Assembly: GCF_000143415.4 (NCBI RefSeq)
Contig: NW_003314360.1
Location: 1-64,000 of the forward strand
Length of the DNA stretch: 64,000 bases
Reading direction: 5' to 3'
Origin: Selaginella moellendorffii
Lineage: Eukaryota > Plantae > Lycopodiophyta
Below, piece by piece: positions 23,157-36,282 of the stretch (positions are counted from its first letter, which is position 1; every line of letters starts with the position of its first letter). The position numbers were made by a program, and so were the translations under genes. The notes below the pieces were generated by a model. That model was not told the DNA's origin, did not search any database, and saw only the letters and a list, made by a program, of their open reading frames with translations.

Positions 23157-24697
23157 ATGGGGCTCCTTGGTTTCGTTCTTGGGCTCTGGATTGCCATTCT
23201 AGCAGCTGCCAAGACGGTGAAGCGAGACGGTGAGTCGATCCTCTCCAGCTGCATTTTCGTCTTGCCAATTCCAGTCAAGGCATTGAACGAGCTCAAGGCA
23301 GCTGGAGGATGGAAGGTTATGTACGCTTGGAATGGGGAGGATCCCTGTGGGGATGGAGACGCGGCATTGTGGCCGGGAATCACTTGTTCCTCCCCAAATG
23401 ACGATGGCTATCGAGTGGTCACGGAATTGTGAGTTTTAATCGTCACTTTCTTCTTTCTTTCCAGGGAGCTCTTTCAAGTGTCGATCATTGGAACGTTCCC
23501 GATCGGTGTCACAAATTTGCTGGATCTCAGGAAACTGTGGGTTGGTCTGTGTTGATTTTCGTTTACTGAGTTCTTGCGTTCTTCTCTGGAAGGGACTTGC
23601 ATGGCAACAAACTCACCGGACCGATTCCTCCTCAAATAGGACGGTTGGAGAAGCTTGTAACCCTGTAATGTTATTGCTAGCGGTCTGGCCGAAAAATTCT
23701 CGACTTATTTTGCTTTTTTCTTTGCAGGAACTTGAGATGGAGCAAGCTGCCTGTTGAGATTGGGCAGCTGAAGAAACTACAAAACTTGTGAGTAGAGTTT
23801 CGCTTCTGTTCTAAGTTCTTTTTTTCATCGTGTCTGTCTGTCAGGTTTTTAAGTTTTAACAGCCTTAGAGGACCTATACCGAAGGACCTCACGTATCTGC
23901 AGGAGCTTCGATACGTGCATCTTCACGAGAACAAGCTTATCGGCCGGATCCCTCCGGAGTTTGGAGAACTTCCTTATCTCTGACAATTATAAGCTTCAGT
24001 TTTATCCATACAGACATATTTTCTTATATTATTCTCTCGCAGGGATGTCAGCAACAATCATCTTATGGGAACCATCAGAGAACTGCTAAGAAGCGAACAG
24101 AATCGTGCTCAAGAGGCATTTCCATCTCTACGAAATTTGTAAGCTTTTCTTCTTTTGTGCTTAGATTCTTAAGCTCGACGTCCCCGCAGGTACCTAAACA
24201 ACAATTACCTCACCGGAGGAATACCAGCAGAACTTTCGTACTTGTGCAATCTAGAAGTTCGATGCTAGAGTTGTCCTTGCCTGCTGATTCCCTCCGTGGT
24301 TATGCAGGTACTTGTCTAACAACAAACTTACAGGTCCGGTACCGGACGCACTCGCAAGCATCCCGAAGCTAACCTACCTGACGCCTCCATCAATTTTTCT
24401 CATGCAAAAGCTCTTTTTTCTCGTAGATACCTGGATCACAATGCTTTGAATGGCCGACTATCGTCAGCCTTCTACAGCCATCCGAGCCTGAAAGAGATGT
24501 ACGTTGGCTCTTTGGCTTGATCATCTATGTAGTAGTATCCAAGCGTTTCTTTTTCCAGGTATATTGAAGGGAGCCAATTCAGCTCTTCCGCCAAACCAGT
24601 TGGTATACACAGGACAAGGCATCATCGTCCCACATGCTACAGTTACTATCGTATACTAGCAACAATGGAAGTATCCGACGCTGACTTCATTTTTTAG
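23157..24697 (+). pseudogene. Secreted plant-type leucine-rich-repeat protein gene (At5g61240-like), probably pseudogenised
   Basis: Signal peptide, KTVKRD/VKALNE..W.G.DPC..W.GITC LRRNT, multiple LxxLxLxxNxLxGxIP repeats and C-terminal EVSDADF; in-frame TGA at 23981-23983 and eroded donor sites (e.g. ATAAG after 23988). Confidence 0.8.
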
Positions 24698-24917
24698 AAG
24701 GCAAGAGTTTTATTCATACAATGTCTCGTCCATGATTAAGCTAGAAGAAATATTTTCAAGCAAAGGAAGCGCGCTTACTCTCAGGAGGCTACTCGCTAAA
24801 TTAGTGTAAGGTGGATGACTTTACCTAAGCAAGAATGTCAAGGAATTCATTTTTTTTAAATGAAATTTTTTTAAGTTTTCTAAATTTTCTAAATTTTCAA
24901 AGCTAAAAGCATTGAAC

Positions 24918-27668
24918 ATGGATCATTTTTGTGTTTCCTGACCATCTAGAAAAAATACAGTAGGACTCATGTGGCTGCTCTCAATGTAGCCTCTTGTAGA
25001 GAAAAGACTGCCTCCTTGACACAGAATGTGCTCTGCTTTGGCCGTGAGCCCATTGCTCACATAAAATTTGATCATGTGGTTTCACCAGGTTTTGCTCAAA
25101 TCATGTGCAACAGATATGGCAGAGGAAATCTTAGGAGTTTGATACTTTGATGGCATGCCACAAGGAGACACAAGCCTTTGTAAGTTGGATGTTCTTCATT
25201 ATTAATGGAAATCACCGGTGGCTAGCATTTTGGAGGTGTATTCAAGAGAAGTTCCAGGATGATGATGAGCAATATATTGGTGTTCCAATGACACTTGTGG
25301 AGCTAGAGGATCAAAACCAAGTTATAAGGCTCAACTTGGCATATCACAAGATTAACATATAAGAATCCCTTATTAGTAACTTTTATTCTCACAACTATGT
25401 TATAGGCTTAATCAGTTTGCTTTCCAAGTACATACCTTGGTCCATGATATCAAGCACCTTCGATATGTTGGTATACTTTCTCTCGAGGAAATCTAGATGC
25501 TATATAGTCGTGAGATTATGAAAGTAGTTCAAGCAAAGCTTATAGCACATAAAGGCCAGGAGTTGCTTACTTGGTATCAGGTGCCAATGGATTTTTTGGT
25601 TGCGGTCTAGGCAAAAGTATCCTTTTCTTGCATGAACTTGTGTTTTTTACTCACAAGTTTTCCTTTTAGCCAATTGTCAAGGTGAAGCAAAACTTATATT
25701 TGAAGATTATGCAAGTGACGGATGAGGTGCAAAAGAACCTTGAACTGCGACAAATTAAGCAGCACATTTTGAACTTGAAGAAATCAAAGGTGAAAAAGCT
25801 ACTTATGATTGCAGACATCCGACGCGATAAAGATTGGTTGGATTGCATAGTAGAGATATGCTCTCATGGCAGTAAGCTAGTCCTTTTTATCTTTCTCATT
25901 CCACTTTAAAATCCTTGTCCTTGCAGGAAATGGTAAATCACCTGAAGAATTGATTTATAATATCGCAAAAAGCAAGCTCTCCTTCAATGAACAAACCTTT
26001 GCTTGGAGCTCCTCAACACTTGGCATCATAACAATGGTAAGATGTTGGAGAGCAAACTTGAGAATGTTATGAAGGAGAAACTTTATATCACTTAGAGTAT
26101 TGTGGCTGCTAAGGAGTTACTTCAAGCATGGGATACGAAGTTCCTTATTAGTGCCTACACCGGCATAACACTTCCAGAATATGTCCGAGCTTCCCTTCAA
26201 GAGCTTGGGGATGGATGGCTACTTGATGGCAGCTCAAGCTCCATGGATTTCAAGAACCAGCTGGGCCAACCATTTTTCTTGTGCCACATGGCATATAGGT
26301 ATATTGTAAGAAATTGACTTGCTTATTTAATCATGGCTCTTTTATAGGTATTTAAATCATTGCCCAAATGCTTTAGTGTACATAGCAAGTGTTTTTCTCA
26401 AGCTCTTAATTGGTGGGAAGAAGCTTGGCATGTATGAGCCAAAGTTCCATTGTCCCACTGTGCAGGAGCGAGAACTTTGTCCATGGTACTTGGAGTTGTG
26501 GAGGCAAATGCCATTGTCACCTTTTGAGCTTGATCTCCATCTCGAGTGTCATCTAAGTTTGATGAGTAAAACTTCCTAGCAATAACTTATGTTTCTACTT
26601 TATTGTAGAGGCACTTTTGGAGGGAGTGGAGATGCCTCAGGACAGGGATGAGATTCATATTGAGTAGACCGAAAAGGAACAAGTGGAGAATCCAACTGAA
26701 AACTCTCTTGCCCCATTTCATCTTACAACAGTTGCTCATTCCCTAGATTTTACTGCCGTTGCTCATCCAGCCCTGAAGCCGATGAGTAAAACCATTTCCA
26801 ATGACCTTGCTTATTGTAATTTTGTTGTAGATTTCGAAGAAACCAGCTAGCACTTTATACACTGATGTACAAATGCATTCTTTCCATCCCTTACCACTGC
26901 TATAGAGGATGACCTCCAAGAGTTATTTTCATCGGCTTCACATAAACAGGTATGAAAAAAAACATGTATTAACTTTAATATTTCCTGGTTTTGAACACTA
27001 TTCAGGTTCGCCCTCTTTCTCCTACGGGAAGTGTTGACAACGTGGAAATAGTTATTGGGGATTACTTTCAGCTTTCCAAAAACATGAGCCAAGAGTCTTC
27101 TATGTTCCATCGATGGATGCGAGGATTGGGAATGAACAATACTTTCAGCATCAACCTCACATTCTTCGACTTGCCTGATGGGTTACCACCTTTACAAGGT
27201 GACACTCCATCCTGGAACATCCTTCGACCAGACCATATTTCTCAAGCAGTGGATGTGGCATCCAAGGTGTTGCAATACGAGGGCATTATGCTAGTCATTC
27301 TTCCCTGTTCTTTATTTTGGGGAGGTCTTCTTGCAATGATGGCGGAGAATGATGACTCTAGATTGGTTGAGTTTCCATCAGGCTGCCTACTCTCAAACAT
27401 CCCGGTCGAAACAAAAGGAGCTGGTGGCCGAATCCAAAAGGTTTGCATTTCCTTATTTTTCATATCTTAAATTGATTGCCTCTTTTCATTGTAGGTTTTA
27501 GCATGGAACTACCATGCTCTCTGCCGCTACTCTTGCCGTCATAGTATTACATGAACAATAGGTTTTGGTTCAATGGTGCTAGCGGCTAAAGAGATTGGGC
27601 GTGCAGTTTTTGCACTAGAGAAGGAGAGTGCATTTGAAGGTGTTCTTGGGACATTTCATAAGAGGTGA
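24918..27668 (+). pseudogene. Decayed multi-exon gene: ParB/Srx-like domain plus beta-class N6-adenine/N4-cytosine DNA methyltransferase-like domain
   Basis: FFIINGNHRWLA (25192-25227); IVIGDYF...SINLTFFDLPDG (motif IV-like, DLPD at 27168-27179)...SKVLQYEGIMLV; after intron 27441-27494, GFGSMVLAAKEIGRAVFALEKE (motif I-like, 27561-27626). Multiple stops and short GT-AG introns. Confidence 0.6.
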
Positions 27669-28099
27669 TAATAAAGTATAAATTTCTTATTATAATAATT
27701 CCATCATGGTTGTGTATATTAGGTGGATCAATGATGTGGGCTATATTTTGCCATGTTATGCAGAAGCAATGGCACAAGCTCATATAGAACAAGAGCCCAT
27801 AGTTAGAGAGCATAATACTATACAAACTCCTCCTTTTATGGATGTGGATGCTGAGGAAGACTAAGTTTAGTTTTTTTTTAATCAAATTTTTTAGTGGTAA
27901 TATAGAGTTTCTTCTTTGACTTATGATATTTTTTTTCTTATTGGACTTATATTATTTAGCTTTTTCTTGGACTGAAAATATGTCTTAAGTGTTTAATAGA
28001 ATTGTTAGTTCATCCCGAACCAATCATTTGAATATCAACTTTTGTATTTGGTGGACTATATTGACTTTCAACCCAAAAACTACCCAGCCCCCTAAGAAA

Positions 28100-28568
28100 G
28101 GCTTCCTTGGAGTGCTACTATGTCCAGCCTCAAGTGCCTCAACATACTCATGCATGGTATCCATCATGCCATGCATCTCATCTTGCATATCTTGCTAATT
28201 TTGGTTAAGGGCTCATAGCTCATGAACAACATCTTGAATGGTCCAAACCTCTGCAACTCCATCGGCACCATCATCGACAATAAGATTCTAGTATTTAGCT
28301 TGGTTGACCATCACAACTAACTCTTCTGATACCAATGTTACCATTCAGCATGAAAAGACAAAGATCTAATCTTCCTAAACTACACTACACCTTCTCTTGA
28401 GGTTCTTCACCACCCAACCACCCCTGAGCTACCTCAAAAGCTCCACCACGCTGCTGCTCCACTGTGAGCCCTAAGGTAGGTTAAGTTCCTTACCCTAAGA
28501 TGCCTTCATATACCCTTGAACTTCCATTTGACTGACGTTGACCACGTGGTCAAAGCTGGCACTTAACA
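28100..28568 (-). mobile_element. Ty3/gypsy 5' LTR (28336-28568), PBS and gag start; same family as 15002-17115
   Basis: Reverse-complement similarity to 15002-15420; TCTGATACCA PBS at 28325-28334; TG...CA termini. Confidence 0.8.
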
Positions 28569-29825
28569 TCTTTGAACCTAACAAAGTGTAAGTCTGAAGG
28601 TTAGTTGCTAGGCTTTGATGTCTCATAGGATGGGATCAAGCCCTAGATAACCAAGGCTCAAGAGATTATGGATCAGTGCCCACCAACCAACTTGAAGTAG
28701 CTTTGCGAGTTCCTTGGGCAAACAGGTTTCTTTTGCCATTTCCTCTACAACTATGCTGCATGTTCACAGCCTCTGATAGCTCTACTACAACACAACATTC
28801 CATTTTTATGGGGTGAGAGCTAGCTGTCAGCGACTAATTTTTCCATTCTACTTTAGTCACTTAACCACACCTCCAACCACTTGGAGGAGTCTCATTCACA
28901 ACCTCCATAAGTCCAACTCAGGACTTGGGGCTTGCTAGCCCTGAGAATGGCATCCATGCCACCCAACCTTAGCACTTGGTCCAAGTGCTCCATGTGTCCG
29001 ATCCCATGATCGACACCCCAAGGTACCACCGACATATCGGCCCGTTACGCTAAGGCCATGCCCATTTACCTTGGTCACACTGGCGGTCCAACACCACCTA
29101 TATTCCAATCCCGTCTCTCAAAGACTGCGTCATCCGTCCATGAGTGATCATCCCAGATCCACTCCTTAACATCCTTAGGATGCCTACAGACATGGGGAAT
29201 AGCCTTCCCCGATATCTCTGTTCCGGTCCCCACCAAGTCCCTTTTCGACCATGGCCGTGTTCGCCAACACTGCCACTGGATCGAGGCCCACAGGCCCGAC
29301 CATTACGTCCCACGGTCCTCTGGGACTTCCTCACCACACGACTGTGTCCTTGGTCACTACCCCAGAGGACTGCTCCTCTTCCTTTCCACAGTCTGGGCCT
29401 TTGGGACAACATTTCGGAACACCATGGCCTTACGCGAGCCACCTGGGTACTCTCCTCGCCTTTCGCCTTTAGGTGCTCTAGCCATGGGCTTAGAGCGAGG
29501 TTCCGTTGAGCCACGACAGGTGTCCAAGTAGGTAGTGCCACCCACACTTGGACTGGGAGCATCGGCCAGTCGATCTCCCGGGGGAACTAGAGCCGGCTCT
29601 TGAACACTTCACCAAGCTACCCCGCTTGTCGGTCCGTGTTCACTCTAGTCTTGGACTTCCCAGTGGGCAGCTCATCACCCAACACTGGGTCCGGCCTTCC
29701 TGGGCCAAACTGGCCTTTCCTGGCCAAGCTGGCTCCACTGCAGTCCTCCCCCTACTATACTTTTGGAGCTCACCAAACCCCCCAGGGTCTGGGAGACGAA
29801 CGCTTTGGGCTTTCACCCTCTCAGG

Positions 29826-30362
29826 CTTCGAACTCGGACTCGGACTCGGGCTCGGACTCGGACTCGGACTCGGACTCGGATTCGAACTCGGCCTCGGACT
29901 CGGCCTCGGCCTCAGTCTCGGTCTCGGTCCCGATCTCGGTCTCGGTCTCGGTCCCGGTCTTGGTCTTGGTCCCGGTCTCGACTTTGGACTCCATCTCGGG
30001 TCCATCTCGGACTCCATCTCGGACTCCACCTCGGACTCCATCTCGGGTCCTTCTCGGACTCCATCTCGGACTCCATCTCGGGTCCATCTCGGGTCCATCT
30101 CGGACTCCATCTCGGACTCCACTTCGGACTCCATATCGGACTCCACTTCGGGTCCATCTCGGACTCCACTTTGGGTCCATCTCGGACTCCAACTCGGGTC
30201 CGCCTCGGACTCCATCTCGGACTCCATCTCGGGTCCATCTCGGACTCCATCTCGGACTCCACTTCGGACTCCATATCGGACTCCACTTCGGGTCCATCTC
30301 GGACTCCACTTCGGGTCCATCTCGGACTCCAACTCGGGTCCGCCTCGGACTCCATCTCAGAC
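29826..30362. repeat. LTR-internal satellite: 6-bp CTCGGA/CTCGGT units grading into 12-bp GGACTCCATCTC / 11-bp GGGTCCATCTC units
   Basis: Direct reading; homologous arrays at 35723-36282, 50430-51690, 59258-59654 and 61148-61633. Confidence 0.95.
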
Positions 30363-30705
30363 ACTTCCATGTGTCATGTGTTGGTCCTTTTTGGGTCCCT
30401 TTTTGAAGCCTCGCTTATTGCTCTCTTTGTGCTTGTTCCTCGAGCACTTCGTTGGGAGTTCCACTCCCGCTCTCGACCTTTCAAGTCAGAGCTTTTAGTC
30501 CAAACGTGTTACGCTCGTTTGGTTTTCGCTTCGGCCACTACCACGTGGCACCCTTCCAGCTCCACTTTGGGGCCTAGGGATTTTGTGTCTCACAACTCCA
30601 CCACCCATAGACGAAGTTCGATGTCCTCATCGAACGGTGAACCATTTTATAAAGTAACACCCGCATGTGTTACCATTTCCATCCTTGGCGCGTAGTCAAT
30701 ATTTG

Positions 30706-30830
30706 TCAATGGTTTGACATTGAAGGCTCACCATGCCTTCTCCACATTCGTCAATGGTTGGACATTAAAGGCTCACCATGCCTTTTGCATATTCCTCAAT
30801 GGTTTGACACCAAAGGCTCACCATGCCTTG
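30706..30830. repeat. 45-bp tandem repeat (about 2.8 copies) near the PPT of the non-autonomous element
   Basis: TCAATGGTTTGACA...AAGGCTCACCATGCCTT starting at 30706, 30751 and 30796. Confidence 0.9.
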
Positions 30831-33800
30831 CCTATCCTCTAAGGAGGGTAGTCTCTCCAACTTAGAGACTAATTGGACCACATATAGTGGTTCTCTCCTT
30901 TTATTGGTTTAGTTCTAGCTAAACCTCTTAGCGACCCTTCTCTAAGTCAATCCCACTACTCCTTCTCGAGTAGTCTTAATTTCCATCTATTGAACGTTTG
31001 CACCTTGGAACTTTTACTCTTTTGACTTTTGGAAGTCAATTTCCTAAGTGTCTCCAACACCTTGCATTGCATAGATTGTGTAACTCCACTTCCCCATCCT
31101 AGGAAGTTCATTACTTGAGGGCACCATCATCCTCTCTTCTATTTTGTGCCACCTTGGGCACTAAGTTCCATTTATCATACTTTGTGCTAGGGCTGTCCAT
31201 GGCCCTATCATTTGGCTACCTTACCGCTCCCTCCCTTGGAGCTTCCACTTTCGCCAAATCGGAGCAATTCGGAATCCATCCTTGGAAACACACTTCCTTT
31301 CCCGCAATTTGTTAGCGTCCAACACATTAGTGTTCTTTGCCTAACTTTGTCACTTGGATTCCTTCCAAGGGATTCCACGGCCCTATCTTGGCCACTCATC
31401 TTTTGCTCCTATCCGTTGATTGTTGCACCAAGTAACATCGAATCTCTACCTCCCTCCTTGAGGTATTCTTTTGATTCCATAGCAAAGGCTCTGCTTTGCC
31501 AAGACTAGGGTGTTCACCCCTAGTAAGTCTCTTTTAGCATCTTCTGCTGTGGGCTCTATCCACGGCCCAATTTTGTGACCCTCCCATGGGTCTCTTTAGA
31601 GACTACTTTCCTTGGACACACTATGCCATCGCAATGACATAGCTCATTTCCCTAAGGTGCTTTTCCCACTTGGTCACCTTGACCAAGCCACACCATCATC
31701 AATAGTTCAAATCAACACTTTGAACTAGGAACCTTATTCCTTAACCCAAACAAGGACCTTGTCCTTATTTAGCCACAAGATCACCTAGTGATCTCACCTC
31801 GGCACCTTAACAGGTTTGCCAATAGGTACTAGGTCTTCCAGACCTTTAATTTGTTAACTACGACCCCGGGGGCATCCCCCACACTTGGCAGTGCGCCCAA
31901 GCCAGCCCTTCCGGCCAAGGGTCCATAGCAACTGAGATTAGGTGTCCCCATCTCACTCACCACGTCCTTGGTGCCATTTGCACCAAAGCGTTCAAGTTAG
32001 ATATGCCGAGCTTTCATACTAAGCAATCTAACCGTGCATCACGACTCCAAGGCATCCCTCGCTTGGCGGTGTGCCCAAACCAGTCTCCCCATTGAGAGTC
32101 CATGACCACCGAAATATGAGTGTCCTCATATTCCAAACCATCACCACGCCCTAGTGATTTGGGACTCGAACCCAAGCACTAGAGGGTCGGGACTCGAACC
32201 CAACCTCCGTATACGGATGGCATCACCCAGGATGTCTGGCGTGACTCCGCACGCCGGTGCACCAACTTTTACTCAAAGCGCGCTACAGATCACAGCTTAG
32301 GAACCTAGTTCCTCTGCACTGCCAAATCCTCTCACTTGACAAGCCTGTGATCATGCATGGACTCCTCCATGCTCGGCCCCATGGGCCACCCCTTTGAATT
32401 TGGCTCCTTCAACTAGGGTATTCGTTCCCCCCGACTTGCCAATCTCACTTAGCAAGTCATCCGGCCACTGTAATATGGTTCATACACAAGCGTGAAAGCC
32501 CTTGATCCTCGACTTTCGTTCAAAGCCTTCTCTTTGAACACTCGGGAACTACTTCCCTAACCTTGATAGCCTTGCCTCATGGCAAGCTTCAAGACCACGC
32601 TTCTGCTGCGCCACTCTGATTTCGCGCGTTCCTTGAACCATTTACGCTTGGCCTTTCTAGGTACTAAGCTACCCAGAATCCTCTTTGGGAACCTTGAAGG
32701 AACTCTGTCCCTTAGCTTGCTAAGGCCCCCCTTTTTGCAAGCTTTCCAATTACCATATAGCCTAACATGGACAATCCCATATTTTAGACTCTCCATGGCA
32801 TCATGGTTGCTAGCGGCAACACCCTCGAGCCCCCACTTGATTCTCCACTCCCAGCTGGCATAACCAACCTTGGTTATGCCCTTCGATTCCTATGGTTCGG
32901 TTCTATCCTCTTACTTCTTGCTTTTGGCTTCACACCTTTCCTTCGGTCATTCTCCTCCAGACCCGGAGGATAGCTTTGCACTTTCTATCATGCCTTAGCA
33001 AGTATTCTTAGGGATGAACCTACCCGATAGCCTAGGGAGTGGTTCCTCAATCCAGGTATGCTCACCCTATAATCCCACACACCGGGATTACGTTGTTGCT
33101 TACGGGCCTTTGCATGCCCATCGCTAGCCTTGCCAAAATTCTATTTTTTGGCTTTGTCCAATTCGAGTAGACAGTCTTCTCCTGTCTCCGCCACCTTGGA
33201 CATTTGGATAGCACCTACTATCCAACATTTGCTAGGGACTTAGTCCCTTGGGCCTTATCTATTGCCCTCGCGACATCAAACACCACCTTCTGGTGTTCTA
33301 GAGTGTTCGGGTGTCCTAATGATGGCTTTCTTGACAATGAGTATTTCCTTTTATGACATTGACTTACTATATCGCAACACAAGCAACTTATCCCCCGTAA
33401 GGGTATATCCGACTTCCCTACGCTATTAAGAAGTCTTGGGTAGCTACCTTCTACCCATTTAACCAGTTATTTTGCACCTCTTGCTCAGTTGCCTCATAGT
33501 TGTCAAGTCCTACAACTCATTGCTTGGTGCTTTCACACCTCCATCATTATCTGGGTCACCACACTCCAATTGCATGCTCTGCAGCTTAGGCTATGCCATT
33601 CCCATTTCCATTGGGATTCCTTTGGCAAGGGGTTCTCATGAACCCACCAACATAGCCTCAAGGTATCACACCTTGGCACATTTGGTGTCTCCACACCATC
33701 GGCTCTACGAGCCTACCTCTATGACACTTCCCCGTAGTGTCTAAGTCTTTGCCAAGACCAACCATCCGTTAGCACCGCACCATAAAGGTCACACACAACT

Positions 33801-35722
33801 TTGTGTCAAAGTTGTTTTCTTCTGGGAACACCTTTCCCATAACTTTAGCATGGCACATTTTACCATCGATGAGATACCCTCTATTCTCATCCTTGGATCC
33901 TATGATCCCCCCCCCCATCCTTCGTGGGGTACAACACACCTCAGTCCAAATGCTTCCATCAGTCCTTTTAGGACCATTCCTTGACTCTACTTGAGTCTCC
34001 AGCAGTTTTGGACTTGGTTAATCCACAGACCCATAAGGTCCTACTTGTGAGGCACTAGCTCACTGGAATACACTTCTTGCATTCCTGTCCTACTCAAAAG
34101 GACTATTTTCACGAGTGTTACTCCGACACTTGATTTTGTTCTCTGGGGGCAACCTTTGCCCCTTAGGACTACTTGTCCATGTGATGAGAATACCAACTCA
34201 TCCACTTAATACACCCCCAACTCCTTGGGTTGTTCCAGCATTTATTAGAGGTAGCCCCGGCTACCATTTCGAGGATTCGTATCCTCATCCATACTTGACC
34301 TCTCATGGTCATCCATTCCGGTCTCACCTTCATGAGCACCAGCCTCAACCACGTGAGGATAAACTTGTGACTCCTTTATTGTTTTTGGAGTCTCTATCTT
34401 TCCCGTGATCCCAACTATAGTTGTTTACCACAACTATGTTAGCCCGTCTGCTGCGTCAAACGCTCATCTGGATCACATCCTCATTTCTCTGAGGAAACCT
34501 TATACTGTTCCCAAGATCCCAAAGTCGTTCCATTATTGGCCCTTTTCTATCCACCACTTTGTCTACAAGTTCCCACATGAACTGTAATGGAGAGCCATGT
34601 CTTCCCGACTTGCTACTCCTCAAGGATAGGCCCACTCCTCAGACCTTCCGATGCCAACAACAGTGGTGATATACTTGAGCACCAATAAAAGTCGGACTAA
34701 GGAACAGCTCCGATACCAAGTTGTCAGCGACTAATTTTTCCATTCTACTTTAGTCACTTAACCACACCTCCAACCACTTGGAGGAGTCTCATTCACAACC
34801 TCCATAAGTCCAACTCAGGACTTGGGGCTTGCTAGCCCTGAGAATGGCATCCATGCCACCCAACCTTAGCACTTGGTCCAAGTGCTCCACGTGTCCGATC
34901 CCATGATCGACACCCCAAGGTACCACCGACGTATCGGCCCGTTACGCTAAGGCCATGCCCATTTACCTTGGTCACACTGGTGGTCCAACACCACCTATAT
35001 TCCAATCCCGTCTCTCAAAGACTGGGTCATCCGTCCATGAGTGATCATCCCAGATCCACTCCTTAACATCCTTAGGATGCCTACAGACATGGGGAATAGC
35101 CTTCCCAGATATCTCTGTTCCGGTCCCCACCAAGTCCCTTTTCGACCATGGCCGTGTTCGCCAACACTGCCACTGGATCGAGGCCCACAGGCCCGACCAT
35201 TACATCCCACGGTCCTCTGGGACTTCCTCACCACACGACTGTGTCCTTGGTCACTACCCCAGAGGACTGCTCCTCTTCCTTTCCACAGTCTGGGCCTTTG
35301 GGACAACATTTCGGAACACCGTGGCCTTACGCGAGCCACCTGGGTACTCTCCTCGCCTTTCGCCTTTAGGTGCTCTAGCCATGGGCTTAGAGCGAGGTTC
35401 CGTTGAGCCACGACAGGTGTCCAAGTAGGTAGTGCCACCCACACTTGGACTGGGAGCATCGGCCAGTCGATCTCCCGGGGGAACTAGAGCCGGCTCTTGA
35501 ACACTTCACCAAGCTACCCCGCTTGTCGGTCCGTGTTCACTCTAGTCTTGGACTTCCCAATGGGCAGCTCATCACCCAACACTGGGTCTGGCCTTCCTGG
35601 GCCAAACTGGCCTTTCCTGGCCAAGCTGGCTCCACTGCAGTCCTCCCCCTACTATACTTTTGGAGCTCACCAAACCCCCCAGGGTCTGGGAGACGAACGC
35701 TTTGGGCTTTCACCCTCTCAGG

Positions 35723-36282
35723 CTTCGAACTCGGACTCGGACTCGGGCTCGGACTCGGACTCGGACTCGGACTCGGATTCGAACTCGGCCTCGGACTCGG
35801 CCTCGGCCTCGGTCTCGGTCTCGGTCCTGATCTCGGTCTCGGTCTCGGTCCCGGTCTCGGTCTTGGTCCCGGTCTCGACTTCGGACTCCATCTCGGGTCC
35901 ATCTCGGACTCCATCTCGGACTCCACCTCGGACTCCATCTCGGGTCCTTCTCGGACTCCATCTCGGACTCCATCTCGGGTCCATCTCGGGTCCATCTCGG
36001 ACTCCATCTCGGACTCCACTTCGGACTCCATATCGGACTCCACTTCGGGTCCATCTCGGACTCCACTTTGGGTCCATCTCGGACTCCAACTCGGGTCCGC
36101 CTCGGACTCCATCTCGGACTCCATCTCGGGTCCATCTCGGACTCCATCTCGGACTCCACTTCGGACTCCATATCGGACTCCACTTCGGGTCCATCTCGGA
36201 CTCCACTTCGGGTCCATCTCGGACTCCACTTCGGGTCCATCTCGGACTCCAACTCGGGTCCGCCTCGGACTCCATCTCGGAC
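35723..36282. repeat. LTR-internal 11/12-bp satellite (5' LTR copy, one 23-bp unit longer than the 3' LTR copy)
   Basis: Direct reading; LTR lengths 1793 vs 1770 bp. Confidence 0.93.

Noticed and set aside
29548-30695. Long Ser/Asp-, Arg/Ser- and Gly/Leu-rich ORFs (also 35445-36531, 50250-52049, 58984-59963, 61007-61870) resembling adhesins or SR proteins
   Set aside because: Open in nearly all frames on both strands because the LTR satellite lacks stop codons; they lie within TSD-bounded LTRs
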